NCBI GenBank assembly: GCA_963751275.1
Contig: CAVVTZ010000009.1
Location: 224,001-288,000 of the forward strand
Length of the DNA stretch: 64,000 nucleotides
From: an uncultured Gemmatimonadaceae bacterium
Lineage (GTDB): Bacteria; Gemmatimonadota; Gemmatimonadetes; Gemmatimonadales; Gemmatimonadaceae
Direction: 5' to 3'
The translations under genes were made by a program, and so were the position numbers. Below the pieces are notes generated by a model. That model made no database searches, was not told the origin of the DNA, and worked only from the letters and a program-made list of their open reading frames with translations. Below, piece by piece: positions 53,212 through 61,872 of the stretch (position 1 is the stretch's first letter; every line of letters begins with the position of its first letter).

Positions 53212-53667
53212 ATGCATCTCTCCAAGTCCTACTCCCTTGCCGTCGCCGCCGCACTAGTCCTATCCGCCTGCATGTCGCAGAGCACCCCGACCGCCCCCTC
53301 GGCGTCCAGCGGCACCCCCGGCGACACCACTCACGTCGCCCCGAACACGATCAATCTGTCCGGCCACGTCTTCGCCATCCAAGCCACCCCCGCCGCGCAG
53401 GGATCCGACACACTGCACTACGTCCCCATCGCGAACGTCAGCCTGCGTTTGATGCACAATATTCTCGTGAACGGCAATTCCGCGCAGGAACTTGCCGGCA
53501 CCGGGGTCTCGGCGTCGGACGGGAGTTATCGATTCGGGAATTTGCCGAGCGGGTATTATGTGTTGTACGCGACGCCGTCGAGTGCGTCGGGATATTCTGG
53601 GTCGTATTCGTTGGTGCCGGGGCAGAGTGAGAATACGGTGGTCGATGTCTACGTATGGAAGAATTGA
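53212..53667 (+). CDS. Lipoprotein with carboxypeptidase-regulatory-like beta-sandwich
   Basis: Lipobox LSAC; SASDGSYRFGNLPSGYYVL. Confidence 0.75.
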   Translation: MHLSKSYSLAVAAALVLSACMSQSTPTAPSASSGTPGDTTHVAPNTINLSGHVFAIQATPAAQGSDTLHYVPIANVSLRLMHNILVNGNSAQELAGTGVSASDGSYRFGNLPSGYYVLYATPSSASGYSGSYSLVPGQSENTVVDVYVWKN

Positions 53668-53707
53668 TCGCAAGATCAACTGCGGTCGGGCTACGAGACC
53701 GGTAGCA

Positions 53708-53884
53708 TTGCAGCTAACAGCAAACAGTCACGAGTACCCGCCAGTCTACAGTCAACAGTCAACAGCTCACAGAAAGAAATTCAGCGCGACCGATAGATGG
53801 TTGCGCATGGGCCAGATTTCTGTGAGCTGTTGACTGTTGACTGTAGACTGGCGGTAACTCGTGACTGTTTGCTGTTAGCTGCAA
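53708..53884. mobile_element. Family A hairpin element copy 7
   Basis: TTGCAGCTAACAGCAAACAGTCACGAG...CTCGTGACTGTTTGCTGTTAGCTGCAA. Confidence 0.9.
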
Positions 53885-53986
53885 CCTTCCCTCGGGCCGG
53901 ACTCCGTGCCGTTGATGGTGCTTGCGGTCCCGGGGAAGATGAAGCCACTTTCCTGAGTCCAACTCCTCTCAGGATCGCACCAGCCC

Positions 53987-54541
53987 TTGCCCGATAACCC
54001 CCCTCGCCGCCCGATCGGCAAGCGCCCCGTAACCGGCACTCCGCCGATCACCGACAGGCGCCAGACCACCGGTACCCAACCGGTGACCGGCAAGCGCCCG
54101 ACCGTCGAGCGCCGCAGCACCACGCGCACCGCCTCCCAACGCCTCCTCGAGACCATCGAACCCGATCCGATCGAGGCGAAGGCGACGTGGCGTCAGATGT
54201 GGAAGCCCGCCGCCTTCATTGCCGTGGGATTCGCGATGTGGGCGCTGGCGATCAATGGCGCCTACGGCAGCACATTGTTCCTGGTGAAATGCGTCGGCAT
54301 CGTGCTGGCCGTCTACGGCATCGTCGCGTGGGCGCGCATCGCGCCGGCGGGGCAGCTGATGACATGGGGCGCGTTGCTGCAGGGCCCGCTCGTGATCCAC
54401 ACGGGCGCCGTGCTCGGGAGTACGTTAAATGCGTTCGGCATCGATATCCCGATCCTCCCCGTGATCGGCATCGCGCTCTTGATCACCGGCTTCGTCCGCT
54501 GGGCGCGCGGACAGGACAGCTGGCTGACGCGGAGTTTCTAG
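53987..54541 (+). CDS. Membrane hypothetical protein
   Basis: Basic disordered N-terminus followed by four TM segments. Confidence 0.65.
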   Translation: MPDNPPRRPIGKRPVTGTPPITDRRQTTGTQPVTGKRPTVERRSTTRTASQRLLETIEPDPIEAKATWRQMWKPAAFIAVGFAMWALAINGAYGSTLFLVKCVGIVLAVYGIVAWARIAPAGQLMTWGALLQGPLVIHTGAVLGSTLNAFGIDIPILPVIGIALLITGFVRWARGQDSWLTRSF

Positions 54542-54556
54542 CGCGGCGTTGAGCGC

Positions 54557-54865
54557 CTACGCGATCGCGCGTGCGATGTCCTTCGAGCGCGCGCCGAGCG
54601 CGATGAGCGAGCGCACGAGCAGATCGACCGACACCGAGGGATCGCCCGCTTCCATCCTTGCGACGCGCGATTGACTGGAGCGAAGCGTGGCGGCGAGCTG
54701 CGTCTGCGTCAGACGACGCTTGAGCCGTCACGCACGCAGCGTCCGGCTCATCGCGAGCTTCATTTCGCCGAGCGTTGCTTCGTCGGCCGAGAGTCCGATG
54801 AAGTCGGCTGTGGAGCCAACGGCCCAGCCGGCCCGACGCAGCCTCGCTCGCGCGCGTGCTTTCAT
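54557..54865 (-). pseudogene. XRE/HigA-like HTH antitoxin with in-frame TGA
   Basis: MKARARARLRRAGWAVGSTADFIGLS...RTLRA*RLKRRLTQTQLAATLRSSQSRVARMEAGDPSVSVDLL; AAGGAG RBS. Confidence 0.85.
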
Positions 54866-54905
54866 CGATGCTCCTTCCCATCCGATCGAGGGGTCATGGG
54901 GAGTA

Positions 54906-54923
54906 TACGTCAGAAATGACATA
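54906..54923. promoter_or_regulatory. Putative operator palindrome upstream of the HTH gene
   Basis: TACGTCA-GAAA-TGACATA. Confidence 0.5.
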
Positions 54924-55084
54924 AGCATAAGTCGTCGCGAATGCCAAGATGTCTTCGCGCATGTTGAACCCCATCATCTTCGTGGAGAGCGGCGCATCGA
55001 GGTATCGCGCGAACCCGGCTGGCCCGCTGGCCCAGCGCGCGGTATGCTCTACCGTTGTCGCCCGCGGTCCCGGAGATATTTCGC

Positions 55085-55486
55085 ATGCACCTCACCAACT
55101 TCACGCTGCGGTACGAGAGCAATTCTGTCGAACTCGAGGCGTTCGGCTACAATTGGGATCTGCACAATCAGACCGTCTTCCGTGGACTCAAGTTCGAGCC
55201 GCTGACGGGCGATGTCACAATGGAGTGGACGCCGGCCGATCCATCCGAGAAGAATCCCTGGGGCGACTTCGATAACCACGCCTCGCTCTGCCGCTTGCGA
55301 TTCTCTGGCGTCTCGTTGCTGCGCATGGGGTCTCGCGATGATGCCTACCCTGCGTCCGAGTCCGACTGCGTCGAATCGATCGATATCATCGCGGATGCCG
55401 AACCAGAGCGGATGGTCTTCAACTGGCAGGACGAGCGCGCTATCGAGATCGCGGCGAAGACCGTGACGATGGAGCGCGAGGGCTAA
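55085..55486 (+). CDS. Hypothetical acidic protein
   Basis: GGAG RBS, intact frame, lower GC. Confidence 0.65.
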   Translation: MHLTNFTLRYESNSVELEAFGYNWDLHNQTVFRGLKFEPLTGDVTMEWTPADPSEKNPWGDFDNHASLCRLRFSGVSLLRMGSRDDAYPASESDCVESIDIIADAEPERMVFNWQDERAIEIAAKTVTMEREG

Positions 55487-55654
55487 CGCCGACTCTTCAA
55501 GCGCGGCCCCGAAGCTGGCGCGCTTCTTCAGATCCCATGTCAAGGAGTGCCTGCGACGTACGTCCCTATAGGTGAAGGCGTTGGTCTTCTCGATAGCCGG
55601 TATAGACGCCCGCATTGCGAAAGCCGAGACTTTCACGTACGACGAGGGCAACGA

Positions 55655-56183
55655 ATGCTGTATCTGACGCGCAACGCACGCCTGTTATGGAGCGCTGCTG
55701 CGATTGGCGTTGTGGTCGCATGCGCATCGAGCGGTCATAGCAGTGGGTCGCCTGGTATTCATGGCGACCTATCGCCATTCATCACGGAACTCGCGGAGCA
55801 GGGCAGTTCCGATCCATTGCTTGTCGAGCAGCCTCTCCAAGGGTCAGTTAGCGGCGTACGAGGGAGCCATTGTTCTTTGTCACGTTACAGTTGCGGATAC
55901 TGGATTTGTGTTCATGTTGACGCCGGATAGTGCGACCTTGTGGTACCAGAGTTCATGGGCTGTCGCTGTCGACTCGATTCCGGCCTCTCTTGTTGCTCTC
56001 GAAGCCTCGCTGCGCAGAACCCTTGGCGCACGTGTTTCGTGCCCGGGCGAGCCCAGCTACCGATTGTACTGGTCAAAGGATCGCTACACAGTGAAAGTCA
56101 CCGTGTTCGGCGAGCGTCAATATCCGAGACGCGACATCATGGTGATAGCCGAAGAGGGGACTATGGATTGCACACCGAAGTAG
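55655..56183 (+). CDS. Possible lipoprotein, frameshifted
   Basis: Lipobox VVAC in one frame, protein-like C-half in another; low GC. Confidence 0.4.
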
Positions 56184-56203
56184 CGAGGCCAACCCCCGAG
56201 AAG

Positions 56204-56397
56204 ACGGCCCCGCACGATCTCTCGCGAGGGGCCGTTCTCAACTCCCGACTCCCGATACCCGAGTCGTGCTACCCGTTCACCACTTTCCGCGCCGCGATGA
56301 AGATCGGGACGACAGTCCCGTCCCTCGGCAAGATGTTCTGCTGTTTGTATGAACAGGGCTTCCCCTCGTAGTTTCTGAACACCAGCTCGTCGTCGGT
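56204..56397 (-). pseudogene. Diverged duplicate of the kamA 3' end plus terminator
   Basis: Aligns to 57017-57210; encodes DELVFRNYEGKPCSYKQQNILPRDGTVVPIFIAARKVVNG*. Confidence 0.9.
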
Positions 56398-56435
56398 GCG
56401 CCTAGGCGGAGCACTCCACGCGCTATGAGAGGAAT

Positions 56436-56960
56436 ATGACATTCGATACCGTCTTTGATGTCACCCAATCCGGATACCGGCAGTTGGCCGTTCTTCGTCC
56501 GCAGGCGATAATCGCCGTGCTGCTACTCGGGCTGGCTGGCTGGATCGTTGTGGCGACGCGTCGGTCACATCGGGTACCGCGAGGTATTGGCATACTCTTG
56601 GCGTTGGTGCCGGCGCTCATCGGTGCGGTTGCCTTTGGAGTTGTCGCACTTGGCGTTCTGTCGCTCGTTTCCCAGAACACCGCATTGCGGGGCGCGCTGA
56701 AAGCCGGCCGCGCCGTGATAGTTGAGGGCACGGTGTCAGATTTTGCACCACAGGCTCCAGACGGTCATGGGCCGGAAAGCTTTGTGGTCTCCGGTCACCG
56801 CTATGAGTACTCTTCCTCCGTCCTCTCTGCGGCGTTCAATCAAATCTCGGGACAGCACGGACCGATCCGCAATGGCTTACCGGTGCGGATTGCGGATGTG
56901 AACGGGCAGATCGCCAAACTCGAGATTCAGAAGGGGAGCGAAGCTATTCCTAAGCCTTAG
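56436..56960 (+). CDS. Two-TM membrane protein
   Basis: GAGGA RBS; VEGTVSDF..ESFVVSG..GLPVRI; lower GC. Confidence 0.75.
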   Translation: MTFDTVFDVTQSGYRQLAVLRPQAIIAVLLLGLAGWIVVATRRSHRVPRGIGILLALVPALIGAVAFGVVALGVLSLVSQNTALRGALKAGRAVIVEGTVSDFAPQAPDGHGPESFVVSGHRYEYSSSVLSAAFNQISGQHGPIRNGLPVRIADVNGQIAKLEIQKGSEAIPKP

Positions 56961-57014
56961 GTTGTTATTCGTCCGGCCTCTTTGTGACCAGTTGAGGGTA
57001 CATAGCGAGCACAG

Positions 57015-57050
57015 CAACGGCCCCGCGCGAGAGCTCGCGCGGGGCCGTTG
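57015..57050. terminator. Bidirectional hairpin between convergent genes
   Basis: CAACGGCCCCGCGCGA-GAGC-TCGCGCGGGGCCGTTG. Confidence 0.7.
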
Positions 57051-57081
57051 TCGATTCCTGACTCCCGATACCCGGGTCGTG

Positions 57082-58198
57082 CTACCCGTTCGCCACTTTC
57101 CTCGCCGCGATCTCGATCGGCACGATGGTCCCGTCCTTCGGCAGGATCTTCGGCTGCTTGTATGAATACTGCTTCCCCTCGTAGTTCCTGAACACCACTT
57201 CGTCCTCGTTCATATACTCGAGGTACTCGGGGAGCAGCGGAACTTTGCCGCCGCCTCCCGGAGAGTCGATCACGAAGGCCGGGATCGCCAACCCGCTCGT
57301 CCACCCGCGCAGCGCCTTCATGATCTCGAGCCCGGTCTGCACCATGGTCCGGAAATGCTCGCCGCCGGCCACCTGGTCGGCCATGTAGAGATAGTAGGGC
57401 CGCACGCGCGCCTTCAGCAGCTCGTGCATCAGCTTCATCATGATCTTGGGATCGTCATTGATCCCGCGCAGCAGCACGGTGTGCGCGCCAAGCACGACTC
57501 CCGCCTTCGACAACCGGTCCAGCGACGCCACGGTGTTCGGGGTCAGTTCGCTGGGATGATTGAAGTGGGTGTTCATATAGATCGGGATGATACTTCTGCA
57601 CCATCTCGCAGAATTCCGGCGTGATCCGCTCGGGCAAGTGCGCGGTGATCCTGCTCCCGATGCGAATGATCTCGACATGCGGGATCTCGCGCAGCTTCTG
57701 GAAGATGTGCTCCAGCCGCCGGTCCGAGAGCATCATCGGATCGCCGCCTGACAAGATCACGTCGCGCACCTCCGGATGATTCCGGATGTACTCGAACGCC
57801 GAGTCATACTGATTGAGCGGGATCTTCTCCGGATCGCCCACCTTCCGCCGCCGCGTGCAGAAGCGGCAATAGGTCGCGCACACGGGGCTCACGAGGAACA
57901 ACACGCGATCCGGATACCGGTGCGTGATGTTCGGCACCGGACTGTCGCCGTCCTCGTCCAGGCTGTCGATCACGCCATCGGTGATCTGCAGCTCCTCGAC
58001 GCTCGGGATGTATTGCTTCCAGATCGGGTCGTCCACTTCCTTGATCAGGTCCAGCACCTCGGGCGTGATCCGCATCTGGAAATTGTCGAACGCCGGCGCC
58101 AGCGCCTCCACGTCGATGTTCTCGCGGCCGAACTTCTCCGCGAGCTTCTCGAGGGTCGCGATGCTGTCGTCCTTGATGATCTTCTGCCAGTCGCTCAT
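57082..58198 (-). CDS. kamA: KamA family radical SAM (lysine 2,3-aminomutase-like), frameshift near 57590
   Basis: THRYPDRVL, CATYCRFCTRRR, LSGGDP, HFNHP, PGGGGK. Confidence 0.92.
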
Positions 58199-58723
58199 GG
58201 CCGCTCGGTGGTGAAGGTCTTCGTCAACATCACGCGGTCGTCATCCACGGCATAGAAATCGCGGATCCGCGCCTGTTCAGCATACCCCCGCGCCGCATAG
58301 AACGCGCGCGTCGCTTCATAATCGGTGCGGCTCGAGGTCTCGATCAACAGCATCCGGCCGCGTCGACGCAGCCACTCGCGCTTCTACTTCCGCAAGTAAC
58401 GCACTCCCTACTCCTTTTCCTTGCGCATTCCTTGTCCACCGCGATCCAGTACAAGATCCCACGTGCCCTTCAGTCACCGGCGTCGGCCCGAAGGCCGCAT
58501 AGCCGAGCAACTCGCCACTCGCGCTGAACGCGCCCACGAACTGATAGTCGCCGTCCGGCTCAGCACCCCTGAGCCCCAAGCCGGAGTCGAACACCTCCAG
58601 CGCGACTTCCACTTCCTGTTCCCGGAACGAACCCGTGCCCCGCACGATCGCCTCGAGGCGTTCACGGTGGCCCGCGTTCAATTCACCGATGCGCACCCCA
58701 ACCGGCTGCGCGCCGGCAGTCAT
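58195..58723 (-). CDS. GNAT N-acetyltransferase (frameshifted)
   Basis: EVEVALE, GYAAFGPTP, QGKGVGSALL, IETSS, TRAFY; ATGA overlaps on both sides. Confidence 0.85.
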
Positions 58724-59811
58724 CCCTGGGCGACGAAGAGATCCAGTGCGGCGCGGTCTTCCGGCCTGGCGGTCACGCCGCTCAGCACTTGCGCGCGCCT
58801 GCCACTGCTCCTCGGTCGACCGCGTGCGGCGCTTGAGCGCGCTCTCGCACACGGCATGGATCATGTCGGCATACTCGAGACCGGCCACGCGCGCCATGCG
58901 CGCCAAGCCGGCGTCGGGTGAGATATCGGGATTCGAATTCGACCTCGAGGATCCACGGCTTCCCCGCGCGGTCGATGCGCAGGTCCACGCGGCCGTATCC
59001 CTCGCCGCCGGCCAGGCGCCACGCCTTGAGCGCGATCCGCTTCAGCTCCTCGCTCTGCTCCTTCGGCATCTTCGCGGGACACTGCGGCACGCTGCCCAGA
59101 TCCTCGTCGCAGCCGGTCTCCCACTTGCTCTTGTAACTGACGATCCGCCACATCCCGCGCGGCATGCCGTCGAACAGGATCTCGGCGACGGGCAGCGCCT
59201 GGTCGCCCAGCACGCCGACATTCACCTCGCGGCCATCGACATACTTCTGCACGAGGATCTCGTCCCAACGCTCGTGCATCGCGGTCACGCGCTCGGAAGA
59301 GCTGGCGCGCATTGCGCACCACCGACCGCTGCTCCACGCCGATCGACGCATCCTCGGCACTCGGCTTCACGATCGCCGGATAGCCCACGTGCGGCATCGG
59401 GTCGCCCGGATGCACCAGCGCGAAGCGCGGGATGGGGAGGCCGGCGCGGTCGAGCAGGCTGTTCACGACATGCTTCCGCAAGCACATCGACGTCGTCCAG
59501 CTCGAGCTGCCGGTGTACGGCACGCCGATCACTTCCACGGCGCTGATGACGCTCGGCTCCAGCTCGGCGACGCCGTCCACGCCTTCGCACAGATTGAACA
59601 TGAGATCGAACTTCCCGCGGCGGACGCGCTCCACCCAGCGGCCGTCGGGATTCACCGGCACGCGCACGACCGTGTTGCCGTCGGGCGCGAGCGCGTTCTC
59701 CACGGCCTCGACGGTGTCGAGGATGGCCAAGTCCGGGCTCGCGCCGAGCGCGGAAAGGCCGTCGAAGAGAACGCCGATCTTCATGGTCAGTGGTCCTTGC
59801 TGTGCGCTCAA
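58720..59811 (-). CDS. D-Ala-D-Ala ligase-like ATP-grasp protein 1 (frameshifted)
   Basis: FNLCEG, PYTGS, IVKPSAEDASIG, GREVNV, YGRVDLR, ILEV. Confidence 0.88.
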
Positions 59812-61094
59812 CCGAGCGCGGCGGTGCGCCGGTTGCGTCGCACGGCCTTGCCGGTGAGGCGAACGTTCTGCCGCTCCGCCGCGTGGCGGAGGCAGGCCTG
59901 GATGAGCTGGTCGTAATTCATGCCCGCCGCGCGCGCCGCCTTGGGGAAGCAGGAATTATCGCGCGGGTCCGGCAGGATGCCGGGGAGGGGATTCACTTCG
60001 ACGACGTTCGGCGTGCCATCGGCGTCGAGCCGGATGTCGATGCGCGACCAATCGCGGCAGCCGAGCACGAAGTAGGCGGCGAGGGCCACCTGTTCGATGC
60101 GGGACTGCAGCGCGCTATCGATTTGCGCGGGGCACTCGAAGATCTCGAGCGGATTCTCCGGGCGGTCCCAGAGCCACTTGGCCTCGAAGCCGTAGACGGG
60201 CAGCGCGCCCTCGGGGAGAGCGGCGAAATTCATGCCGACGATGGGCAGGACGCGCGCGCCCGAGCCATTGCCGAGCACGGCGCAGGTGAACTCGGCGCCG
60301 GGGAGCCATTCTTCGACGAGCACGGGCTGTTGATAGTGCTCGAGCAGGAAGAGCGTCTGTTCCGCGAGCTCAGCGGGGGTGCGGCAGAAATTCCTTTCCG
60401 TGATGCCCTTGGAAGAACCTTCGTGCACGGGCTTCACGAAAAGCGGCAGACGGAGCCGGCCATTGACGCCGCGCAGGCGCCGCGTGGTGACGCGCTCGAG
60501 CAGCGCCGTCACTTCATGCGCGGCCCGCACGAGGACAAAAGGGGCGGTGGGGACGCGGTTGTAGGCGAGATATTCTTTCGTGCGCGCCTTATCGAGTCCC
60601 ATCGCGAGCGTGAAGGGATCGGAGCCGGAGTAGGGAATGCCGTAGAATTCGCAGATCGCGGGCACGTGGGCCTCGCGATTCGCGCCATTCATCCCTTCGG
60701 CGATGTTGAAGACGATATCGGGGTTGGCGACGCGGAGTTTCTCGGGGAATTCTGCCGTGGCCTCGAGCCTGATGACTTCACCCACACCTTCCAGCGCGCG
60801 CTCGACCGCATCGATCGTCTCCGCGCAATCCCACTCGGCGTATTTATCGTTGACCGTGCTGAGGTGGTGGGCGGCGACTTCGGGAGTCGAGAATTGCGAG
60901 TCGGGGAGGGACTCGGCGACTCGCGAGCGGCGCGACCATTTGCGGCGGCGGCTTGAGATCTCTTCGGCGGGACGCGGGGAGTCGGCGTCGGCTGAGAGGC
61001 GAAGAGATGCGGAGTCGGGTTTTTGATTGTAGGCGAAGCCTATTCGACTCATCTGCTCCGGGGGAACGAGCTGAACTGCTCGTGAGATGTTCAC
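59808..61094 (-). CDS. D-Ala-D-Ala ligase-like ATP-grasp protein 2
   Basis: FNIAEG, VKPVHEGSSKG, SRIDIR, EVNPLPG; start 61094 (leaderless) or 61052. Confidence 0.92.
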   Translation of the reverse strand: MNISRAVQLVPPEQMSRIGFAYNQKPDSASLRLSADADSPRPAEEISSRRRKWSRRSRVAESLPDSQFSTPEVAAHHLSTVNDKYAEWDCAETIDAVERALEGVGEVIRLEATAEFPEKLRVANPDIVFNIAEGMNGANREAHVPAICEFYGIPYSGSDPFTLAMGLDKARTKEYLAYNRVPTAPFVLVRAAHEVTALLERVTTRRLRGVNGRLRLPLFVKPVHEGSSKGITERNFCRTPAELAEQTLFLLEHYQQPVLVEEWLPGAEFTCAVLGNGSGARVLPIVGMNFAALPEGALPVYGFEAKWLWDRPENPLEIFECPAQIDSALQSRIEQVALAAYFVLGCRDWSRIDIRLDADGTPNVVEVNPLPGILPDPRDNSCFPKAARAAGMNYDQLIQACLRHAAERQNVRLTGKAVRRNRRTAALG

Positions 61095-61100
61095 GGGAGT

Positions 61101-61129
61101 AAGATAGGGTTAAAGGTTTTCTAGTGCAA
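61101..61129 (-). promoter_or_regulatory. Sigma70-type promoter for the ATP-grasp/GNAT/kamA operon
   Basis: Minus strand TTGCAC-17 nt-TATCTT with an A-tract upstream; predicted start falls at the GTG at 61094. Confidence 0.6.
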
Positions 61130-61194
61130 TGATTTTTTTGAGATACTTTTTGGCGACGACGACACTGCTTACTGCATCACTTGCGCATCCGTGA

Positions 61195-61829
61195 CATGAA
61201 GTCAACAGTCAACAGTGATCCAGTCGAACTGCAGTCGACAGTCATCGGTCGACAGCTCATCAGAAAACGGTGAGGTGTGCGTTCATGTGATGATGACGAA
61301 TGAATGGCGCCGAAGTAGCGTGGGGCATGTCGATCAGAAGTCATCGAGACCTCATCGTGTGGCAGCGTTCCATGGAGTACGCGGCGGAGGTGCATCGCAT
61401 GACGAAGCGTATTTCCGCCACGAGAGGGCGCTGACTTGCGGAAGCAACTCCTCCGTGCGGCGATGTCCGTGCTCAGCGAATATCGCGGAGGGCGCAGGTC
61501 GCATGCACCGTGGCGACTACCTGCGATTCATTTCGATCGCGCGCGGCTCCTTGCTCGAGTCCGACTCTCATGTCGCGATGGCGGTCACCTTCGGCTACCT
61601 GCGCGAAGAGGACGTGAGACGCGGGGAGCAATTGAGCGGCGACATCCTCCGTATGCTCACCAAGCTCGCGAGCGTACTCGCGCGCCAATCCCACGCTCGC
61701 CTCCCGACAATGTGAACAAGGGCAGGAGCCACTGCGCCTCCCGCCCTCATGGAGCCGATTCTCTGATGACTGTTGACCGATGACTGTCGACTGCAGTGTA
61801 CTGGATCACTGTTGACTGATGACTTCATG
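61195..61829. mobile_element. Inverted-repeat-bounded element carrying a four-helix-bundle gene
   Basis: ~72-bp terminal IRs (61195-61270 and 61755-61829), CATGAAGTCAACAGTCAACAGTGATCCAGT...; homologous to family A arms. Confidence 0.85.
61327..61715 (+). CDS. Four-helix-bundle protein (23S rRNA IVS protein / Avd-like), frameshifted
   Basis: MSIRSHRDLIVWQRSM...KQLLRAAMSV..NIAEGAGR...YLRFISIARGSLLE pieced from three frames. Confidence 0.88.
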
Positions 61830-61872
61830 CTTGGTCGTGCAAGTGCCGAACTCGGGGGATCGCCGTTCGCCG

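Noticed and set aside
42224..53884. Family A repeats as integron attC sites (arms contain GCTAAC...GTTAGC)
   Set aside because: Does not fit RYYYAAC/GTTRRRY, some copies have GTAAAC instead, genes lie in both orientations, and no intI is present in the window.
42224..53884. Family A as a CRISPR array
   Set aside because: Units are ~180-bp palindromes separated by whole genes, not short repeats with constant spacers; no cas genes.
44055..53997. Short ORFs with recurring peptides (ANSKQSRVTASLQSTVNS / LTVDCRLA)
   Set aside because: These are translations of family A arms in different frames and strands, not a protein family.
54728..54730. In-frame TGA as selenocysteine
   Set aside because: Falls in a basic helix of an HTH protein where no Cys is expected; no evident SECIS.
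55480..55560. GGCTAAC at the stop of the 55085 gene as an attC left end
   Set aside because: No matching GTTRRRY or paired inner arms downstream.
56204..61715. Diversity-generating retroelement (Avd-like gene plus TR/VR-like kamA repeat pair)
   Set aside because: Mismatches between the repeat copies involve all four bases rather than adenines only, and no reverse transcriptase is in the window.
61195..61829. 23S rRNA intervening sequence
   Set aside because: Flanks are protein-coding (ATP-grasp operon promoter and thyX); no rRNA sequence nearby.
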